Below, piece by piece: positions 10,444-21,621 of a stretch of DNA of 64,000 bases. Both the position numbers and the translations under genes were made by a program. The notes beneath the pieces are model-generated. The model saw only the letters and a list, made by a program, of their open reading frames with translations. It ran no database searches and was not told where the DNA came from. Source of the stretch: Spirochaetia bacterium (lineage in GTDB: Bacteria; Spirochaetota; Spirochaetia; WTKD01; G963693115); the NCBI GenBank assembly GCA_965216965.1, contig CBDCGX010000050.1:44170-108169 (forward strand), in the 5' to 3' direction. Numbering within the stretch: position 1 is the first letter of the stretch; each line of letters begins with the position of its first letter.

Positions 10444-11580
10444 ATGAGTATGTATTGTGTAGCATGTGATTTAGGAGGAACCAATATAACCATTGGACTT
10501 CTTACATTTTCTCATAACAAGCAAAACAAATTCCCAGTATTGCTCGCTATAGAAAAATACAAATCAAAAGACTTCCCTTCTATTATTGAACCAATTAAGA
10601 ACGCTATGAAGATTTTCTCAGAGACCTACTCTATTTCATCACCCATCTTGTGCATCTCTGCAAGTGGACCCATTACAAAGGGCTTGTGTACTCCAAGCAA
10701 TCTTCCAAGGAGCTATATTCTCTCTCAAGAAAAATTGGAAACAGAATATAATACAAAAGTATATCTTATAAACGATTTTAGTGCTATAAGTTACGGAATA
10801 ACTACTATGATAGATCAAAAGAAAATATATCATATTCCTGACACAGCACAATTACACTACAATACAGACCAACCTCATTCTTTTCATTCCTTTGCCATAG
10901 TAGGAGCTGGAACAGGACTTGGAACTTCGCAGGCACATTCTTATAACCATATGTTATTTACACAAGCAGGCGAAGGTGGGTGGATGGATTTTTCTCTATC
11001 AGCAGATAGCTTCTCTTATAAACTATATGATTTTGCATCACACTCAAATCTCCTCCATGCTACAAATACAGCTTTTAAACATCGCCCCGTGTGTTGGGAA
11101 GACATTATTTCTGGAGGAAGAGGGATTTTTCTTATTTGTAATTTCTTAAAAGAATATTGGAAAAATAGGGTTGATATAGATATTGCATATCTTACTCATT
11201 TAATATCTAATACAGAATCTCACAACATTGGTGAACAATTAAGCATAGATGCCCAAAACGATAACACAAGCTCATGTGCCGTATTAGAAGTCTGGTCATA
11301 TTTATATGCACGATCATGTAACAATCTCACTATTTTTGGATTATTTGATGCACTATTTTTAGCAGGGGGTATTGCAGCAAAAAACATATGGCTCTTTGCA
11401 GAACCATATAAATATTCAAAATGTCTTCCTCAGAAAAGCTTTGCAGATAGCTTTACCAAAGGATACAATAAAACTATAAGCAATCTCCTTAAAAGGGTTC
11501 CCCTCTATATAATTACAGACTACAATGTATCACTTTATGGGTGTGCTTTTTTTATACAACAAAAGATGCAAAGATCATAA
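10444..11580 (+). CDS. glk: Glucokinase (Glk family hexokinase).
   Basis: N-terminal ATP-binding motif CVACDLGGTNITIGL resembles Glk-family GDIGGTNARFA. 378 aa. Confidence 0.6.
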   Translation: MSMYCVACDLGGTNITIGLLTFSHNKQNKFPVLLAIEKYKSKDFPSIIEPIKNAMKIFSETYSISSPILCISASGPITKGLCTPSNLPRSYILSQEKLETEYNTKVYLINDFSAISYGITTMIDQKKIYHIPDTAQLHYNTDQPHSFHSFAIVGAGTGLGTSQAHSYNHMLFTQAGEGGWMDFSLSADSFSYKLYDFASHSNLLHATNTAFKHRPVCWEDIISGGRGIFLICNFLKEYWKNRVDIDIAYLTHLISNTESHNIGEQLSIDAQNDNTSSCAVLEVWSYLYARSCNNLTIFGLFDALFLAGGIAAKNIWLFAEPYKYSKCLPQKSFADSFTKGYNKTISNLLKRVPLYIITDYNVSLYGCAFFIQQKMQRS

Positions 11581-11598
11581 ACACGACTATAATAAAAA

Positions 11599-12399
11599 CT
11601 ATAAAAGAAGTTTTTCAAAAAGTTTAGCTGCACCATCTTGATTATTATCATACTCAGTGCGCTCTATTGTAGGAGCTACTTCGGGCATGGCATTTTTCAT
11701 AACATAACTATACTTACAAACATCAAACATTGAAATATCGTTAAAAGAATCACCTACCGCAAGTGCATTATTAGGATCTACCTCATAAACATCCATTATA
11801 TGCTTAAGTGCAGTCCCTTTTGACGCATTTTTCTTAAAAACCTCAAGATATGTATCCATGCTAAATACTGCCATAAAATCTTCTTCTTGCAAGAAGGCTT
11901 TTTGCAATGCTAATAATTTCTCATTTTCTGCTATAAACATTACCTTTGATATTTTTTCTCCAGAAAATTCATCTATACCTTTAAAAAGGCGAGCCTTAGT
12001 ACTTATGCGTTGAGAATATTCTTCAATTTCTTTACCATTCCCAAAAGAACACAAACTCCCATCAGCATCACAATGCATGTGAATAGAAGGTGCATGCTTT
12101 TCTCTTATAGCAAAAATCTTTCTAAACAATTCTATCCCCATACTTTTATCCCAAATAAGATCAAATTCATCCTTGTTTTTCTTGTAAACATGAACTCCAT
12201 GTGTAGTAACGAGGTATTCGCAAAGATCCACAGGAATAGTATCTCTTACCCCCACGAGAGGTCTTCCCGTAGCAGGAATAAAGTGTATGTTTTTATCAAG
12301 AAGTCTTATCCATACATCTTTTGTGTATTCGCTAAGAACATGATCGTTTCTAAGAAGTGTTCCATCTAAATCTGTAGCAATAAAGGTAATATCTTTCAT
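11599..12399 (-). CDS. Cof-type HAD-IIB sugar phosphatase.
   Basis: Starts MKDITFIATDLDGTLL (HAD motif I). GDSFNDISMF near the C-terminus (motif IV). 266 aa. Confidence 0.75.
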   Translation of the reverse strand: MKDITFIATDLDGTLLRNDHVLSEYTKDVWIRLLDKNIHFIPATGRPLVGVRDTIPVDLCEYLVTTHGVHVYKKNKDEFDLIWDKSMGIELFRKIFAIREKHAPSIHMHCDADGSLCSFGNGKEIEEYSQRISTKARLFKGIDEFSGEKISKVMFIAENEKLLALQKAFLQEEDFMAVFSMDTYLEVFKKNASKGTALKHIMDVYEVDPNNALAVGDSFNDISMFDVCKYSYVMKNAMPEVAPTIERTEYDNNQDGAAKLFEKLLL

Positions 12400-12481
12400 G
12401 TCTTCTATTATAACTACAAAACAAACATATAAATATAAAAACTTAATAGAGAGCCAAAAATATAGTTTTAGCTTTAATTAA

Positions 12482-13183
12482 CTACGTATATGCATATGTT
12501 ACGGTAGTGCCAAACAATGCATCTCGTTCTGCTCCTAAGCTATCATATAAAGCCTTCGTAAGACTTACACTTGTAAGAGTTGCCTTACTATCCTTAAAAG
12601 CATCCACTCCTATCGTTGTTATAGAGTTTGGTATAGTAAGACTCGCCAATTGACTTTTCTCAAAAGCATTATTACCTATCGTGGTTACAGAATCAGGTAT
12701 AATTACTTCCAAAAAATTATTAGTGCTATATTCATTAGCATTAATACTCGTTACACTCTCCTTAAATTATAATTTTTTGTTCTGCATCATCAATAGTAAT
12801 TCCTTGCCCATTATCATTTCCTAAAAACAACGGAATAGATAATTCTTGCTTTTCGCCACTATTAGGACTAAACACTATAGAATATTCTCCTTTACCCGCT
12901 GTGGACGATACTTGCACTCTTAATTTCTCCCGCCTCACTATTTGTTATACTTGCAGCAATAACAGTCTGAGCAGATCCCATCTTTTTTCGTTATTAACAC
13001 TGCATATGCAGTAAGACTACCTCCTGACGCTGCAAATTCTTTAATTGTTATTGCCTTGGTTTTATCTACAGGAGTCGTTGCATCTATCACAACAGTTACA
13101 TATCCCGATAAAGATAATATGTCTTGTTTTTTTTTATTATTTAAGTTTATATTATCTGCTTTACATGCAATGAAGCTAAGCAA
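12482..13183 (-). pseudogene. Degraded BspA-type LRR lipoprotein paralog. The reading frame is broken into fragments.
   Basis: Fragment 12482-12712 (IPDSVTTIGNNAFEKSQLASLTIPNSITTIGVDAFKDSKATLTSVSLTKALYDSLG) matches the C-terminal repeats and tail of the intact genes at 16811-17938 and 18132-19538. Fragment 12938-13183 matches their N-terminal Ig-like region. The frames are not contiguous between 12713 and 12937. Confidence 0.7.
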
Positions 13184-13516
13184 CGCCCCAGCTCCTACTA
13201 TCCATCCTATTTATAGAAAATACTTTTTCTTTTTCTCATATGTCTTTCTCCTATATTTTTTACACAATATATCTATATCTTAGAATAAACATACAACTTT
13301 ACTTATTCATGGTATACCATGAATATACAATAATGGTATTATAGCTAATATAATAACTAATTTCAATATATTCTTATAGATTTCTTTGCACATACTATAT
13401 ATTCAAAACACATAGTCATCAATTTACATTTTTCACAAACAACGTTAATACTTTTACAATGCCACAAATAGGAATACCATATAGAATATTTCTTATAATA
13501 GCTGTAGATAGCACTT

Positions 13517-13554
<38 letters not shown>

Positions 13555-13878
13555 TGCCCTGCCAGATCGCCTCTTCTTATACTAAATAGGTAGTTTTCAA
13601 GATTCCTTCATTCGATTGTATTGCTAGTATATACATTAAGATCAAAATTGTCCGTGCCGACTCAAATTCAGAAACTGATTTAGTTTATCAGTATGATTTT
13701 AATTCTTTCAAAACGCCTTTAAGCTATCAGGGTTATTTCTAAAAAAATATGAGTTATTATCTTGTCTTTGCTTCAACAAGACTCGTCTTTAATGCTCTTA
13801 TACTGCCACGGATTGCAGGATGTCATCTTTAAATAATAACATTGAACAATTTGATTGGTACTATCTACAGTTAAGATT

Positions 13879-14910
13879 TCATCTGATGATTCTTCCTCGC
13901 CCACCACTCTTGATAAGAGTCTGTACCTCTGCTATTGATATTTGGTTAAAATCCCCCTGTATTGTATGTTTTAGTGCAGAAGCTGCCACTGCAAAATCCA
14001 CCACTTTTTGCAGTGGATATTGTACTAGCATCGCATAAATCAAACCTGCACTAAATGCATCGCCACCTCCTATTCTATCTACTATATGGAGAGAGTATTC
14101 TTTTGATTGAAAAAATTGTTTTCCATCATAGAGTATTGCAGACCAGTTATTATCTGATGCCGATATGCTTTGACGTAATGTTGTTGCCATATATTTAAAT
14201 TTAAATTTTTTTTGCAGATATCTACACACTGTGTAATAGCCTTCAATATTTAATTTTCCTTTGTGCACATCTGTTTTCTCTGGAGTAATTCCCAATACCA
14301 TTTCTGCATCTTCTTCGTTTCCTATACATACGTCAACGTAGCGCATGAGAGGGATGCATATTGCTTGTGCCTGCTGTGGAGTCCAAAGTTTTTTTCTATA
14401 GTTTAGGTCAAATGAGGTTGTGAGCCCTGATTTTTTTGCTGCTATTAAAATCTTCTTTGTTAATTGTGCACATGCAGGCGATAAAGCGGGAGTAATACCC
14501 GATACATGAAACCAATGTGCTCCTTTTAGGATTGTAGGAAAATTAAAATCTTTCTCCGATGCTTCTGCTATTGCCGAATGGCTTCTATCATATAGCACTT
14601 GAGAGGGACGTATACTTGCTCCGTGTTCAAGATAATATATGCCAAGTCGTGTTCCTCCTCGTGCAATAAATCTAGTATGTACATTCATTTCTTGTAATAC
14701 TCGAATTGCAGCATCTCCTATAGCGTTGTAAGGCACCTTTGTAACAAAGGCAGTGTCAAGTCCAAACTGAGAAAGAGATACAGCAACATTTGCTTCTCCA
14801 CCTCCGTAGCACGCATCAAATGTTCGAGTAAAATATGTTTTTTGATAGGGTGGCGGAGAAAGGCGTAGCATTATTTCTCCAAAGGTGATTACTCTTTTGC
14901 TTTGTTTCAC
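13879..14910 (-). CDS. kdgK: 2-dehydro-3-deoxygluconokinase (PfkB family).
   Basis: N-terminus VITFGEIMLRLSPP and C-terminal PfkB signature DRIGGGDAFSAGLIYAM. 343 aa. Overlaps eda by 4 nt. Confidence 0.8.
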   Translation of the reverse strand: MKQSKRVITFGEIMLRLSPPPYQKTYFTRTFDACYGGGEANVAVSLSQFGLDTAFVTKVPYNAIGDAAIRVLQEMNVHTRFIARGGTRLGIYYLEHGASIRPSQVLYDRSHSAIAEASEKDFNFPTILKGAHWFHVSGITPALSPACAQLTKKILIAAKKSGLTTSFDLNYRKKLWTPQQAQAICIPLMRYVDVCIGNEEDAEMVLGITPEKTDVHKGKLNIEGYYTVCRYLQKKFKFKYMATTLRQSISASDNNWSAILYDGKQFFQSKEYSLHIVDRIGGGDAFSAGLIYAMLVQYPLQKVVDFAVAASALKHTIQGDFNQISIAEVQTLIKSGGRGRIIR

Positions 14911-15539
14911 GATATGTGTTTCCGCACCTCTGCAATAATTTTTCTATATTCTTGCGCTTTTTTTATGATGTGTTCTTTTGGTCCCGAAACTAAATCTCCT
15001 CCAACACCCAGTGCTATTGCTCCTGCTTTTATCCAATCAGCTGCATTTGTTGTATTTATACCTCCTGTAGGCATTATATTTATTTGAGGGAGAGGTGCTT
15101 TGAATGTAGAAATTGATGAGAAAGAAAGACAATTTGCGGGAAAAAGTTTGATTATATCTACTCCATATTCCAATGCTTGTACCATTTCTGTGGGAGTATA
15201 GCAACCAGGCATATATGGTACTGCATATCTATTACATATTTTTGCTGTTTCTACATCAAAACAAGGACTTACTATGTAAGAAGCTCCAGCGAGTATTGCT
15301 ATGCGAGCTGTCGCCGCATCAAGAATAGTGCCCGCACCTATTATGATATTATTTTGCTGACATATTTTTTCTAAAATACGAGGAGCGTTTACAACAGTAA
15401 ATGTTATTTCTATTGCAGGAAGCCCTCCTGATATACAGGCTTGCAACATTGATTCCGCTTGAGAAGTATTGTCTGCTCGTATTATTGCTACTATACCAGT
15501 GTCGATGATGCTTGAAATTAACTTGTGTTTTTCTAGCAT
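14907..15539 (-). CDS. eda: 2-dehydro-3-deoxyphosphogluconate (KDPG) aldolase.
   Basis: 210 aa. IIIGAGTILD, IVSPCFD and the catalytic Lys context IIKLFPA are typical of KDPG/KHG aldolases. Confidence 0.85.
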   Translation of the reverse strand: MLEKHKLISSIIDTGIVAIIRADNTSQAESMLQACISGGLPAIEITFTVVNAPRILEKICQQNNIIIGAGTILDAATARIAILAGASYIVSPCFDVETAKICNRYAVPYMPGCYTPTEMVQALEYGVDIIKLFPANCLSFSSISTFKAPLPQINIMPTGGINTTNAADWIKAGAIALGVGGDLVSGPKEHIIKKAQEYRKIIAEVRKHIS

Positions 15540-15858
15540 TTTTTATAGCATAAAAGAAAAAATAAAATATGTCAATAAGAAAATGCCCAGGTTTTTCCTC
15601 CACAAGATTTTTCTTACAATAATTGAAGTTTTACGTGATTAATTTCTTTAAAAACAGAAATAGAATCATCACCCCCTATAGGATTGCTCTCCACAATTTC
15701 CCATTCGTCTTTTATTCCTACGAGTGATTATCAACAGAATTATTTTCCCCTTTGCAAAAATAATCAGTTAAATACGCCACAACATGGGTAGCTCCACATT
15801 GGTACGCAAATCTAAATCTCTTCTGTAAGCATATAGCAATATAGACTCAATCCTATAT

Positions 15859-16281
15859 TCATACGTTATTCCATTCCTTTTTCACCATAGATCTCATTTT
15901 TGATATTTCTTCTTTACTCAAAGAATGATATTGTACATCATTTTTGTGAGTATCTCTTTTTTCTACAATAAATACGGATGAATCTTTCTTCATTGCCATG
16001 TTATGCCATAAATCACGAGGAATATTATATATTACATTAGGCTTCATAAGTACTACTTCCCATTTACTAATGGTTTTATTTTTTATTTGAGCACTAATTA
16101 ATATAACAGAACCGCTTTGTAAAAGAAAAACTTCATCAGTTTGTGTATGTACCTCTACTTTATCTATATTTTTAATATTCTGAAATGACACATAAGAAAG
16201 TATTGCAACTTGCCAGTGCTTTTGAAATAGAAGGGGAGAAAACCCCTTTTGTGTAGCTTTGTAGGATTGAATAAGACTCAT
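15859..16281 (-). CDS. Small cupin-like protein. A KdgF-like role in uronate metabolism is conjecture from context.
   Basis: 140 aa. The VHTQTDEVFLLQSGSV segment resembles cupin motif 1 (H-x-H/x-E-x6-G). Located next to kdgK-eda. Confidence 0.3.
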   Translation of the reverse strand: MSLIQSYKATQKGFSPLLFQKHWQVAILSYVSFQNIKNIDKVEVHTQTDEVFLLQSGSVILISAQIKNKTISKWEVVLMKPNVIYNIPRDLWHNMAMKKDSSVFIVEKRDTHKNDVQYHSLSKEEISKMRSMVKKEWNNV

Positions 16282-16317
16282 ATTATTTTCTTCTGCCTTG
16301 TTGTGCGGGTTCTTTTA

Positions 16318-16509
16318 TCATTTTTTTTCGTAACAGGAGTTTCTTTTATTTTTTATTAGCAAAGTGAGTAGTTTTGTATTTCTATCATGTGCTATAAAAT
16401 GAACGTCGGCATTGGCAAATGCAAGATCTTTTCCTATTCCTCGTATTATCCCCATTATTAACACCATCTTTCTACTAAAATCTAATATTTTATGTATGTT
16501 CTCCCCCAT
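16318..16509 (-). pseudogene. N-terminal fragment of a short-chain dehydrogenase/reductase. A KduD-like identity is suggested only by context.
   Basis: The 63-aa ORF contains KMVLIMGIIRGIGKDLAFA, resembling the SDR Rossmann motif TGxxxGIG. There is no downstream continuation of the roughly 250 aa expected. Confidence 0.4.
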
Positions 16510-16648
16510 ATATTACTCTGTTTTTTATTTATTTTGTTTTATATGTTTTAAGATAAGCCTCTACTAGAACTATTCTAATATAAAACCATAGTTATTAAGT
16601 ATACATATGTTAATTATAGATAAAATAATGGCTAATTTCAATACCCCC

Positions 16649-16684
16649 CATGTTTTTAGTCATGTTTTTAGTCATGTTTTTTAT
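16649..16684. repeat. 12-bp tandem repeat (catgtttttagt), three copies with the third imperfect.
   Basis: Visible directly. Lies in the non-coding stretch between the SDR fragment and the LRR gene. Confidence 0.8.
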
Positions 16685-16810
16685 TTTACAAATTAAAAAT
16701 AGATACAATTGCATTGAAATGCTGTTCTTTCTGAACAAAAACACTTCAATAACTAAAGTACAAAGTACAACTCTTAACTTTCTTATATAAAACAAAAGTT
16801 CCTATTACCA

Positions 16811-17938
16811 CTAATTATCACTTGGTCGTATTATAACTACACTATCCCCAAATAATTCTACCCGTCTTGTTCCTAAGTTATCATATAAAGTTTGAGTTAA
16901 AACCACGCTTTTAAGAGTCGCTTTACTGCCATGAAACACATTCTCGCCTATTATTGTAACAGAATCTGGTATAACAAGTTCCGTTAATAAGCTATCCCTA
17001 AAAGCATTACTATCTATTGAAACAACAGAAGATCCTAAATCAAGACGTATTAATGGGCTTTTAGAAAAAGCATCCGCACCTATTGTTATAACAGAATCTG
17101 GTATAACAAGTTCCGTTAATAAGCTATTGTTAAAAGAGCCAGCACCTATTGTTATAATAGCATTTCCTAGAACAAGCGTATTCAATGGGTTCTCAAAAAA
17201 AGCACCTCCACCTATTTTTGTAACAGAATCTGGTATAACAAGACGCGTTAATCTACTATTATAAAAAGCTTCGTTACCTATATTCGTAATAGAATTAGAC
17301 ATTACAAGATTTGTTAATGTACTATTATAAAAAGCGTTACTACCTATTGTGGTAATAGAATTAGAAAGAAGTACGGATGTAAAAGAACTCTTACTATACT
17401 CAGAAGAGTCAATTGTTGTTACATTTTTTTTAACTACAAAAAAATCCCCTACATCATTAATAGTAATGCCCTTAATTCCGTTATCATTCCCCACAAAAAG
17501 TCGAAATACCTTATCTTTAGTATTGTTTTTAGATCTAAATACTATATGATATTCTCCTATATTTGCGGTATGTGCGATCCGTACTCTTATTTTTTTCTTT
17601 ATTTCATCTTCTATGTATACAGTTATATCAATTGGGATATCCCCTGTTTTAGTTTTTATTCCTATTGTGTAGGAATAAAAACTATCTAAAACTGGAAATC
17701 CTGTAATTGTTATTACCTTGTCTTTAACGCCTTTATTTACTGATGACAAAGATATACTTGCATACCCAGATAAAAATATTAATTCTCTATTGGACTCATT
17801 TGTATCATTTATTTGATCTGTTTTATCCGTCTTATCCATCATGTTTATACCATTTGCTTCACACATCATAAAACTAAAAAACACTCCCATTACTACCAAT
17901 AAAAGTAAACTTATATAAATCACATTGCTTCTTTTCAT
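16811..17938 (-). CDS. BspA-type leucine-rich-repeat surface lipoprotein or secreted protein.
   Basis: Signal peptide with Cys (MKRSNVIYISLLLLVVMGVFFSFMMCEA). An N-terminal region of about 180 aa precedes about 8 tandem units of 23 aa, xSxLTxLVIPDSVTxIGxxAFxx (LRR_5-like). Confidence 0.8.
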   Translation of the reverse strand: MKRSNVIYISLLLLVVMGVFFSFMMCEANGINMMDKTDKTDQINDTNESNRELIFLSGYASISLSSVNKGVKDKVITITGFPVLDSFYSYTIGIKTKTGDIPIDITVYIEDEIKKKIRVRIAHTANIGEYHIVFRSKNNTKDKVFRLFVGNDNGIKGITINDVGDFFVVKKNVTTIDSSEYSKSSFTSVLLSNSITTIGSNAFYNSTLTNLVMSNSITNIGNEAFYNSRLTRLVIPDSVTKIGGGAFFENPLNTLVLGNAIITIGAGSFNNSLLTELVIPDSVITIGADAFSKSPLIRLDLGSSVVSIDSNAFRDSLLTELVIPDSVTIIGENVFHGSKATLKSVVLTQTLYDNLGTRRVELFGDSVVIIRPSDN

Positions 17939-18131
17939 GTCTTTCTCCTAAACCTTTTACATATCTTATTTAATACAAGTACTGCTATCACTAGCATACC
18001 TAGTATTTACATATAACTTAAAAATATAATACTCTAGCATAATTACTACGCAATATTAATTCATGCATTTTTTCTTTCAATATTCTCATTGTTTTTTCTT
18101 CATTGTGTAATTGTCATACTAGTTAGTATTA

Positions 18132-19538
18132 TCAGTCTGATCCACTCCCCCCTGTCGTCTTTATAACAGCATCACTACCAAACAATTCCGTTACTCTACC
18201 CCTCCCCATCTTGTTATACAAGATATCTGGCAATTGTATCTTTACAAGAGTTTTTTTACTATTCTTAAAGGCATCATTGCCTATTTTATTAACAGAATCC
18301 GGTATTGTAAGATTTTTTAATTCACTATTTTGAAAAGCATTAGCATTTATAGTGATAATAGAACTTCCTAAATCAAGACTCTTTAATGGACTATTCTTAA
18401 AAGCACTCACTCCTATTTCTGTCACAGAACCTGGGATAACAAGTTTTCTTAATTCACTACTTTGAAAAGCATTAGCACTTATCGTGATAACAGAACTTCC
18501 TAAATCAAGACTCTTTAATGGACTATTCTTAAAAGCACTCGCTCCTATTTTTCTCACAAAATCTGGAATAACAAGTCTTCTTAATTCACTATCTCTAAAA
18601 GCATTCTCACCTATAATAGTAATGGAATTACCCAAAGTAAGATCTCTTAATGGGCTATCTCTAAAAGCATTATCGCCTATTGTAGTAACAGCAGAATCAG
18701 CTAGAATAAGCTCCTTCAATCGACTATTTCGAAAAGCACTAGTGCCTATCATAGTGACAGAATTAGATATAATAAGGGTTTTTAAGATACTGTCTCTAAA
18801 AGCATTCTCGCCTATAATAGTAACAAGATTTGGTATAGTGAGACTATTTAACCTGCTATCTCTAAATGCTCCATCTCTTATCTCAACAACAGAATTAGGT
18901 AAAACAAGCTGCTTAAATTGACTATTGCGAAAAGCTCCCGTACCTATTGAAGTAATAGAATTAGGTAAAATAATTGATGTAAAAGTATGTGCATTATACT
19001 CGTTACTCTCAATAGACGTCACAGTTTCATATACTATAAAATTTTTACCATTAATACCTTTTCCTACCTGACGATCAGTAACAATCCCCTTATTTCCAAT
19101 CGCATCCCCTACAAAGACACGAAATATTTTATCTTTACCAATATTATCTTTGGGAGTAAAAACTATAAAATATTCACCACTTTCTGAAGGAAGCAATACC
19201 TCTACTTTTACTTTTCCTATTGCACTATCTTCTACCCTAGCAGTAACAAAAGACTGTGTGTGCCTTTCTTTTGTTGTTACTGCTATATTAAATAAATCAA
19301 GATCAAAGCTATCTAACCCCACAATTTTCTTGATGTTTATTTCCTTGCTTAAAACATCAATAGTGGTTTTTTCTTGTAAAGCTATAGCTATATAACCAGA
19401 TAAAAATATTGGAGTTTTTTTTGTATCGCCTGTTCCTCCTGTTTTATTTATATCATCCGCTTCACAGGCAACATAATTTAAAAAAATCCCCGTTACTACT
19501 AGCAACACTCCCACATAGAAAATGCTTCTTTTCTCCAT
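18132..19538 (-). CDS. BspA-type leucine-rich-repeat surface lipoprotein, a longer paralog.
   Basis: Signal or lipobox LNYVAC, the same N-terminal region, and about 12 LRR units of 23 aa (NSITSIGTGAFRNSQFKQLVLP...). Its C-terminal tail is similar to that of 16811-17938. Confidence 0.8.
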   Translation of the reverse strand: MEKRSIFYVGVLLVVTGIFLNYVACEADDINKTGGTGDTKKTPIFLSGYIAIALQEKTTIDVLSKEINIKKIVGLDSFDLDLFNIAVTTKERHTQSFVTARVEDSAIGKVKVEVLLPSESGEYFIVFTPKDNIGKDKIFRVFVGDAIGNKGIVTDRQVGKGINGKNFIVYETVTSIESNEYNAHTFTSIILPNSITSIGTGAFRNSQFKQLVLPNSVVEIRDGAFRDSRLNSLTIPNLVTIIGENAFRDSILKTLIISNSVTMIGTSAFRNSRLKELILADSAVTTIGDNAFRDSPLRDLTLGNSITIIGENAFRDSELRRLVIPDFVRKIGASAFKNSPLKSLDLGSSVITISANAFQSSELRKLVIPGSVTEIGVSAFKNSPLKSLDLGSSIITINANAFQNSELKNLTIPDSVNKIGNDAFKNSKKTLVKIQLPDILYNKMGRGRVTELFGSDAVIKTTGGSGSD

Positions 19539-19795
19539 ACTTTTCTCCTATAATTTATATAATTATTTATATTAAGATACTTAAATCTAATAATGTTTTA
19601 TGCATGTTGGTATAGTCTCTATGCCATATTACATTACGCAAAATAGTAATTTTTTCTTTTTTGTCAACATTTTCTACCTTGTTTCTTGGAATTTAAAAAG
19701 AATGCTTTTTTAAGTTTAACAATGAAATTATTTTTCTATACAAAATAATATTTAATATAAATAAAAGGAATATACATACACATTGCCATAGTATA

Positions 19796-20725
19796 TTGTA
19801 TAATCATATACAATATACTATCATACTGTTTACTATGACATCTAATGATTTAGAATACATATCATGCTCTCATATTCCCTTTACTATTACAGATAGTCAC
19901 TGCCATTTGCAGAAAGTACTTGTGCACGATAAAGATATTTGTAATAAATTAAAAACTACAAAAATATGTCTTCTTGACGTTGGAATAGATCCCACAGATT
20001 GGAAGAAACGAATAGAAGTATTTTCTAATATTTCAGAAATATACTTTAGTATTGGATTACACCCCTCACTTTATAATTTCTATACCATAGAGTCAGCCTT
20101 TTCTCTTATAGAAAAACATGCTTCAAAAGCAACCGCTATAGGGGAAAGTGGTCTTGATTGGTACCAAATGTATGCCCCAAGAAACACTCAACTAGAATTT
20201 CTTGAACTTCAGATTGCTATCTCAAAAACACATAAAAAGCCAATTATTTTCCATGCTAGAGACTATGTAACGGAACAACACTGTGGAAAATCTCCTAATA
20301 ATAAAAATTGTAATACGAATGAAATGAATAGTATTGATGATATCTTACATGTCCTAGCATATATGAATCACACAGAAGGTGGTATTATGCATTGTTTTTC
20401 TGGAACCTATGAACAGGCAAAAAAATGCATTGACTTGGGATTCTATATTTCTTTTTCTTCAAATATTATATCTAAAAACACACCTATATTACAGCACAGT
20501 GCAAAAAACATACCATCCGATTTTTTACTACTAGAAACAGATTCTCCCTTTCTCTTGCATAAAACAATACGGAAACTATTGAAAAAAAACAAAAAAGAAA
20601 ATACATACAATAGCCCTTTATATATTCCTTATTTATATAATACTCTTTCAAAAATAAAAAACATTACTATGGAATCTCTCGCAGACATACTTTATACAAA
20701 TTTGAAGAAAGCACTTCGCATATAG
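19796..20725 (+). CDS. TatD-family metal-dependent hydrolase (DNase).
   Basis: Motifs DSHCHLQ, IGESGLDWYQ and MHCFSGTYEQAKKCIDLGFYISFS match TatD signatures. The start is probably the internal MTSNDL. Confidence 0.75.
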   Translation: MYNHIQYTIILFTMTSNDLEYISCSHIPFTITDSHCHLQKVLVHDKDICNKLKTTKICLLDVGIDPTDWKKRIEVFSNISEIYFSIGLHPSLYNFYTIESAFSLIEKHASKATAIGESGLDWYQMYAPRNTQLEFLELQIAISKTHKKPIIFHARDYVTEQHCGKSPNNKNCNTNEMNSIDDILHVLAYMNHTEGGIMHCFSGTYEQAKKCIDLGFYISFSSNIISKNTPILQHSAKNIPSDFLLLETDSPFLLHKTIRKLLKKNKKENTYNSPLYIPYLYNTLSKIKNITMESLADILYTNLKKALRI

Positions 20726-20858
20726 AATTCCATCATGAAAAGGCACAACATGTACAATACAAAACTCCTTACATAAAAATCATGCCCTCATCATAATAAT
20801 GAAGGCATAGTCTTTTGATTGATTTTTTTGTATTTTTTTAAACAATTAAATTATGGTA

Positions 20859-21590
20859 TCACCATCCATCTGATGGGTCGTCACCGCCCGCAGAATACAC
20901 TTCATCAATAACATCAGATATTGCACGAATATCATCAAAATATACATAGTATCTTCCTACAGTGTCAACAAAGTTAGTATCAATTATAAAGCCTTTGATA
21001 TATAAGCCGTTTACTACACCCTGTACTCCTTCTTGGTCTACCTCTACTGGAATGTTTATTTCAAGTTTCTTCCACCCTCTATAATTAAGCTTTCCCAGTG
21101 GAAATCTTTTAAGATTTCCTTTCATATCCTGAAGAACAACAATAAGATTGTGATCTTTTCCTCTTCCAGCAACCCATACAGATATGTTTTTTACTATTCC
21201 CGGAACATAGATTGGACGTACAGCTCTCAAATAAATGTTAGTATTATTCCTCGAAAAATAATCTACTCTAATACCATAGATGTAATTATCAGTAGGATTA
21301 AATCCATTAATTTGTTCTTCTGTACGAACAGGTGTCTTCTCTTTTGACCCTCCAAACTGTCTTCTTGAAGTGATAACACCTCTATCTATTGCCATCTCCG
21401 CTTCCCATCTTGTAGGATCATCAAATGTATCTATCACTATTTCACGTAATAGCTGTCGGCCAGTGTCAACATTATTAACATTCTGACCTGTAGTGTTATC
21501 ATTTGCTGTATCTTGCGAAAATACAACCATTGGAAAAACCACAACGACATACACAACTATAAAAAGATTTCTCATTGTTTTATTTCTCAT
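20859..21590 (-). CDS. Secreted hypothetical protein, paralog of 21622-22458. Possibly FlaA-like (flagellar filament outer-layer protein).
   Basis: Signal peptide (LFIVVYVVVVFPMVVFS). Shares NYRGWKKLEINIPV and a C-terminal YVYFDDIRAI motif with its neighbour (NYNGWKILSANIPA, VVYVDNIFARR). Resembles the GWK and C-terminal motifs of spirochaete FlaA as recalled from memory. Confidence 0.4.
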   Translation of the reverse strand: MRNKTMRNLFIVVYVVVVFPMVVFSQDTANDNTTGQNVNNVDTGRQLLREIVIDTFDDPTRWEAEMAIDRGVITSRRQFGGSKEKTPVRTEEQINGFNPTDNYIYGIRVDYFSRNNTNIYLRAVRPIYVPGIVKNISVWVAGRGKDHNLIVVLQDMKGNLKRFPLGKLNYRGWKKLEINIPVEVDQEGVQGVVNGLYIKGFIIDTNFVDTVGRYYVYFDDIRAISDVIDEVYSAGGDDPSDGW

Positions 21591-21621
21591 ATATTACCTC
21601 TTATATAATTTCCTAGAGCTA

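Noticed and set aside
18484-18921. 145-aa plus-strand ORF with internal repeats inside the LRR gene.
   Set aside because: Antisense reading of the 69-nt LRR units. The open frame is a consequence of the repeat periodicity.
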